A stretch of 62,689 nt of DNA, counting the filler, from Sphacelaria rigidula (taxonomy: Eukaryota): assembly GCA_964200075.2 (NCBI GenBank). It is 11 parts of 11 records of this genome, joined end to end, with 100 filler letters (N's around TTAATTAATTAA, not from the genome) between each part and the next. Parts side by side here need not be neighbours in the genome. Positions count along the whole stretch, not along the records: positions 57,082 to 62,689 come from CAXNAA020025909.1; 10 more parts are not named here. One strand, written 5' to 3'. The position numbers were made by a program, and so were the translations under genes. Of this stretch, positions 57,249 to 62,689 are shown one piece after another (positions within the stretch are counted from its first letter, which is position 1; every line of letters begins with the position of its first letter). Below the pieces are notes generated by a model that searched no databases, was not told where the DNA came from, and was given only the letters and a program-made list of their open reading frames with translations.

Positions 57249-58619
57249 TGGGGGGGGGGGGTTAGAGGCTGAAGTTACTCGAGGTTCATGAATGGCTACG
57301 CATTATTCTTTCGGAGCGCCTTCCAAAACTTTGCGCCGTGAATGAAGACCGAGGCAAAATCTAAATCTTAGCCCTCCTATATCCATGTACACCCAAGAGT
57401 AGGCCCGCGACAACATGACAGCAGTATACTACGATCATAATCCGAAAAAGAGACGAACAAAATCGACACCCGACACAACGATGGGCGAAAATGAGCTGAT
57501 CCGTGGAGCAAAAAAACTAAGAGCGCTGTGGAAAGCAGAACAATAAAGTACACCAAAGACCACTAACTGACTACTATATTAGAGAAAGAACCGCCGGGAA
57601 AAGGTCTGGGGGAAATCAACTGCAAAATCATATTCAAAATATTTATGGATTGGCTGAACGAAAAGAAAAAAAGGTGAGGAAACAAGAGGAAACAAAGAGA
57701 GAGGACGGACAAAACAAAGTCACCTGTGCCGGGGCGATGACGGAGTGCTGCAAGAAAAATAATGCCACAGACGACATGAAAGATCCAACGGCTATCTTCA
57801 CGTTGCGCATCTTCTCTCGACGGTTAGCCTAAAGAAACACAAGATACCGACGCGCGTGCCCCGGAGGGTGCGGGGGAGGAGGAAGAAAGGGTACGGCATA
57901 GTGGGGAGCATCAAGTAGAATGCTCAAGAGCGTCGCCGTCAAGACGTGAAATGCGGTTTGTCAAACTTTGTGCAGATCAAGTTGAGAAGCACTCACACAC
58001 ACACACACACACACACTAAGAACTGCGCGATGCGACGGGATGCCAACGCAAACATCCTCCGCTGGTGTCGTCGTCAGCCATGCGTGCGAATATCGAGGTG
58101 ACCAATTGTTCATTTTGCCTTGGTGTCAAGCGAGACTCGTTCTCCTTGCCGTTCCTTCACCCTATTTTTCCTCGCCTCGCCTCGTGTTGCCCTTCCTTTC
58201 TGGTATGTTGATTCTTCCCTTCTCAGTTTGCTCCGTCTCGGCTCTCCTCCCAACCCCTTTTTCTTCCCGATTTCTCTCACATTCCTCGACTTTCGTAAGA
58301 GTACATATGGCGACTGTTCCGTTTTCCCGTGCCCTTTACCTTAGGGTACGCTACGCCTATCGGGTGACCACCGCTGAATCTCTTGGGGATCAGTCGTCGT
58401 GCAACAATCGATCCACCAACAAAAAAATCATGGGGTATATGCACCCCGTTGCAAAAATCATACTCATACTGTCACTTCATCAACCCCGCCTTCCCCCCCC
58501 CCCCCCCACCCCAAGCAAACACACACACGCACACGAGGCAGACAACGAGTTGGCACATGGCGCTCGTTACTGATCTCATTTTTGTAGCTACCTACGCCTC
58601 ACTTTGTGAAAGGGTGGGC

Positions 58620-58661
58620 GGGGTGCACATGCCGTCCGTAGCCACAAGATCATTGACCTCG
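58620..58661 (-). mobile_element. Old minimal poly(C) LINE 3' end with a degenerate TSD
   Basis: TGTGAA-AGGGTGGGCGGGG (58605) and TGTGAAGAGGGCGGACGTGG (58662) flank TGCACATG...ATCATTGACCTCG. Confidence 0.6.
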
Positions 58662-59285
58662 TGTGAAGAGGGCGGACGTGGCGGGACCCAATTAGAAAAA
58701 ACAAAAAAAAGGGTAAAATGAGGACTTTCGAGCAGCCTCTGCTGTTCAAATCCCACACACTGTACTGCTGTCAGCGTATGAGATTCGAACGGGAGAGATT
58801 GTTCAAAAACTGTCGCCTTGCCCCCCAATTCATATCAATCGGGCAAAACGATGTTCTTCCAACAGCCTCTGCTGTACAAATCCCATACACTGGCTGTTAG
58901 TATATGTCCACACGGCCACGCTACGAAGCTTCAGCTGGTGATGGTCGATAAACTGCGTGTACCCTCCACTTCTCCAAACATAATTTTGAAAAAATCGTAG
59001 TCCCCGGCATACCATCGCATTGTATTTGCATAAAAGGGCAAGTTGGATCGAGCAAAAGAAGGCCGCATCGAGTAATCTTGGTCGCGGTTTGTACTTCGGA
59101 AGGGATACGAGTCAGTACAAGCACGCACCGGTACGGTGCTGTACTGGACCGTACCATTCCGTGAAGGAGCGTGGATTACCGTGCTGCAGAGTACGCGGTA
59201 TGTGTTACGTTTCGCTACAATTTGCATGCGTGCAAACACGGGGGGTGTTATGTGCCGTCAGCTTCCATGTACGGTGTAAATAGTG

Positions 59286-59455
59286 CACACCTTGGACAAT
59301 ACATGGTCAATGGTTGCAATAGACAAGAAACGTACTGCATAAAGTATAGGTCTATTGCAACTATTGTCGGCCGGCAATAGTTGCAATAGGCCTATACTTT
59401 ATGCAGTACACTTTCCGTCTGTTGCATCTTTTGACCATATAGCGTCCAAGGTGTG
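59286..59455. other. 170-nt hairpin / spacerless palindrome (candidate pre-miRNA or MITE)
   Basis: The core 59332-59409 is fully paired on the + strand, with two G:U pairs, around the centre CGGCCG. The imperfect outer stem is closed by CACACCTTGGAC/GTCCAAGGTGTG. Confidence 0.85.
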
Positions 59456-60327
59456 AAAAAGTGCGAGCCACACTGTGCGTGTGTTCATCTACTTTCGTAC
59501 TGCAGGATGTGAAAGAAACGAGGGCAAATGCAGTACAGACAGCGCAGGAGTGAAAGGGACTTGAACAACGTGAATCTTCGTACTGCCTGCACCGTCCATG
59601 CGTGTATACGCAAGTCGGTCGTCCGCCGCGCCGTTCCACGCAGCTCCGTCGCCTCGATCCCCATCATGAAAGAAGATGCTCAAGTTTTCACCAAGAAGAA
59701 ATTCATCATACCCAACTACTGCAGTGTGTATCTATCCCTGTGCCCAACTCGTGCTCTATCCTGCAGGGTTGCGGTGGCAATTGGGGATTAGTTGTGTAGG
59801 GTTTGCATGGTTCGATCTGTGAACGGCGGGTGATATCTGGAGAGTTGACCGCAAGAGGGCTGGAGTCGCAAAAGTGCGCCCTGAAGGCAGTTAGGATCCA
59901 AGTGTCTGCCAGAGGCTTGATGTAGCGCGAATTCCAGAGGTGAATTTACACACTGGAGACAGTTATTTTTCCAAGTTTCTCCCGAGGCACCCTCAGCAAA
60001 GTCACGTGCTCAAGGGGATCATGTGCCCTCTAACGCTTCGTGTACTGTTCATTCCAGAGGCATTATGACCTACCAGAGGGTATTCCATCCTCCAGAGGGC
60101 CACTTCGTCTTCTAGAGGGAAAAAAACGCGAAAGTGGGATTCCAAGGAGGAGCCGACTGGCCGCGTGTGATCCGCGAGCATATATGTTTCCCTGGCAATT
60201 ATATGGGGGTCGAAACTGGTCAAACGGTCTGACGCGCGAACTTTTTGATACTGCAGCAGTGCTCGCCGAGAACAGCACGGAATTCAAAGTGATCGGCTGT
60301 GTGCGCAAACGTCTCCTCCGTTATACC

Positions 60328-61563
60328 TAGGGCTGTCAACTGGCAGCTCTGGTAAGTAAAAGTTTAAAATGGCAGCGCTAGCCAGTACATCGATGTTTCC
60401 CAGTTAATTGGCTTAAAAACATCAGCGGTGAGCGGCGCCCCCACGCCCCCCCCCGGCTGGTGAGGGGGCCTCGCGGGAGCGTCGCTGGAGGTAAGGAAAA
60501 TTGCGGTATTTGGCTTGTTCTCCCTTCAGAAATGTGGATAGTTGTAAAAATGTGACCCTGAACATTGCGGAGGTGAAGAGGCTGAAATGACATTAAAATC
60601 TCAAAGGGTGAGCAATTCGAAAAGCATTCATCTGTAGGATGCAAGCAGCAGCGACTCAGGAGCGGAGGGTGGGAACAAGGAAGCCAAGGCTGCAGCACGC
60701 GGGGATAAGAGCGCAAAATTATTCACGCCCGGCCCGACCAACATGCATGTAGTTGGATAGAAAGCCATGATGTATTTTGTACCTTGTGGTCGCAGGTTAC
60801 CGTTGTTCGTTATATTTGTTTTCAGATGTCGTGCAATGAAACGATAAACCTTGGTATATATTCGCTATATCAAATCGAGATGAAGTAAGCACGTCGTGCT
60901 GCATCATGTTTAAAACGCTGTTCATCATGCAGTTGGCAATTGGCAGCTGGGGTTCGGCGTTGGGCAGTTCCGGATCAAGCGTCTCGCTGCATTTAGGTTA
61001 CAAGTCCTGTTCTTTTCATTTTTCCTCATTCGACAGACCAGCCGTCGACCTACACGCTACGTCCGAAAAAACGGGAAACTGCAGAACTACGAGGTACCAG
61101 CGAAGCAGACGGGACAAAAAAACAGCAGAAAACACCTGAAGTAGTCAGCTAGTGACTGGCCCAGGGCAAAGCTGTTCTTCATGTGCCATGTATGGTACTA
61201 CGACGGAACGCCAGACCTGTGCTGTACAATTCGACCGAAACACGGAAGACGAAACATGAAGCTGTACACCGCTACTTCATGCGTCATTGACGCAAACAAT
61301 TTCCGTCGACGCCTTCGAAGCGCCCTCCGTCTCAACTGATATGCCATATTCCTCTGCGACCGTGAACTGTACGCCTCAGTTGTACATTCAAATTGTAAGT
61401 AAAGCACTTTTGTTATAGACTCACCATACCGAAAATGGTATAAAAATAGCCGGCAACGGCAAACCTCAAATAAACTCGATAAATTGGCGCTCTCGTCGCC
61501 AGTTTAAGTTCAACTCCAGTACCAGTTAATCGACAGCATTAACTGGCTCAGTTAACAGCCCTG
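60328..61563. mobile_element. Non-autonomous hAT-like DNA transposon
   Basis: TIRs TAGGGCTGTCAACTG / CAGTTAACAGCCCTG. 8-bp TSD GTTATACC / GTTACGCC (6 of 8 match). Confidence 0.75.
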
Positions 61564-62296
61564 GTTACGCCGCAACAGCTATACCAGATGTGATCCAGGC
61601 GGGTGACGACAGTAGGGTGTCTTAGAGGCAAATGCTATGTACCTCCACGGTTTTTACAGCAAAAAGCGATTCACTTCGAGTTGAGCACATCCAAAAGTCG
61701 CCCCCTGCCGTGCAACGTCGAATATCTGTGCGGAGGTGCTCGTACACCTTGCACCGTCAGTAAGTTCCCATCTCTTGGGGATTGCTACAGTACCAACAAG
61801 TCTCGGAAAGTTAAAAAAAAAAAAAGTTTCCGCGGTGGTCGCTAGGACATGGCTTCGGGTACCAACCAGCGACAGTTGTCACAACAAACAGCAACGTACA
61901 ACAGTACGTGGTACAGTAGTCAGCGTCAGAAGTACGTAGAATTCGTAATTTCTTACTTTCTCAAATATTTTCCAAATTTGTTTCGCTCGCCACCGCTCAT
62001 CACAGTGACTGTTGGATGCCAAAAAATGGACATCTGGAGGTATTTTTATTCTCTTGATGAATATTGGAAGAAAAAATATCGGCGATCAATTTTGAGTGAC
62101 TTACGGGCTTGACCGATCTCCGGGGATCCTGCAAAAGTGCAACCCCAGGTTCTAGCTTTCGGTATTTTTGGTGGACCTACTCGATCCCGATCATATGAGT
62201 GAAGACTCAAAAATAACTTCTTCTTCTTTAATTTCCATATATTCACTGCGCTAAAGTCGGAAAACTATGGTTCTTGGACCATTCACGGTTAATAAG

Positions 62297-62681
62297 ACCC
62301 TCCTGATAAGCAGGGTCTTTACTCCGTATCGCCCCCACAACACCAACTTGGGCATTGTGATTTGAGCACGGTCTACTTATTTTGCTCAAACTGTCGACGC
62401 TAGCACTTTTGAGTGCTCATGGAAAATGTCATGCGAAAACCCCCCGAAAAGAGGCCATCCGCAGAAAATGCTTGACTGAGGTCTAGGCAGTATATTAGGG
62501 AAACACGATCTCGATCGCGATTGTAAAGAATTGTATAAGCATTGATTTATCTGAATATTTACCGTTTCGTTGCGGAAGAGCCGGAAAACTCTTTTTATTG
62601 GACCAAAAACGGTCCATAGCACCCTCCTGATAAACGGGGTATCTAGTCCGTATCGCCCCAAAAACACCAACTTGGGCAGTG
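62297..62681. repeat. ~60-bp direct repeat pair, about 324 bp apart
   Basis: ACCCTCCTGATAA..GGGT....A.TCCGTATCGCCCC..AACACCAACTTGGGCA.TG occurs twice. Confidence 0.75.
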
Positions 62682-62689
62682 CACTGTGA

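Noticed and set aside
59700..60300. hAT transposase C-terminal remnant on the minus strand
   Set aside because: Only a faint LQPS-like similarity amid many stops, not supportable without a search.

Overview
This window is not one locus. It is 11 unrelated contigs (one of 5,609 bp and ten of 5,608 bp, so sorted by size) joined by 100-bp N/TTAATTAATTAA/N linkers, and adjacency across linkers means nothing. The DNA is a repeat-rich eukaryotic nuclear genome with GT-AG introns. A cyanobacterial-type spliced gyrA, the intron style and the repeat landscape point to a photosynthetic stramenopile, probably a brown alga (inference; species not determined). Host gene fragments rebuilt by hand from phase-consistent splice sites: gyrA (2 exons), AAR2 (3-4 exons), an Sfi1-like repeat/coiled-coil protein (3 exons), a TM + CRAL-TRIO first exon, and a divergently transcribed secreted-protein first exon. 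The rest is mostly mobile DNA: APE-type LINEs, two tRNA-derived SINE families, an LTR element, a DIRS-type tyrosine recombinase remnant, piggyBac-like, hAT-like and long-TIR non-autonomous elements, minisatellites and several large palindromes. The strongest novelty candidate is an abundant APE-RT-CCHC LINE family with 11 3' ends in the window. It ends in a poly(C) tract about 5 nt after the ORF2 stop, carries a conserved 3' stem-loop (mostly GNRA), and its target-site duplications start inside C-runs. This suggests target-primed reverse transcription from nicked poly(G), the G/C counterpart of L1 poly(A)/poly(T) priming.
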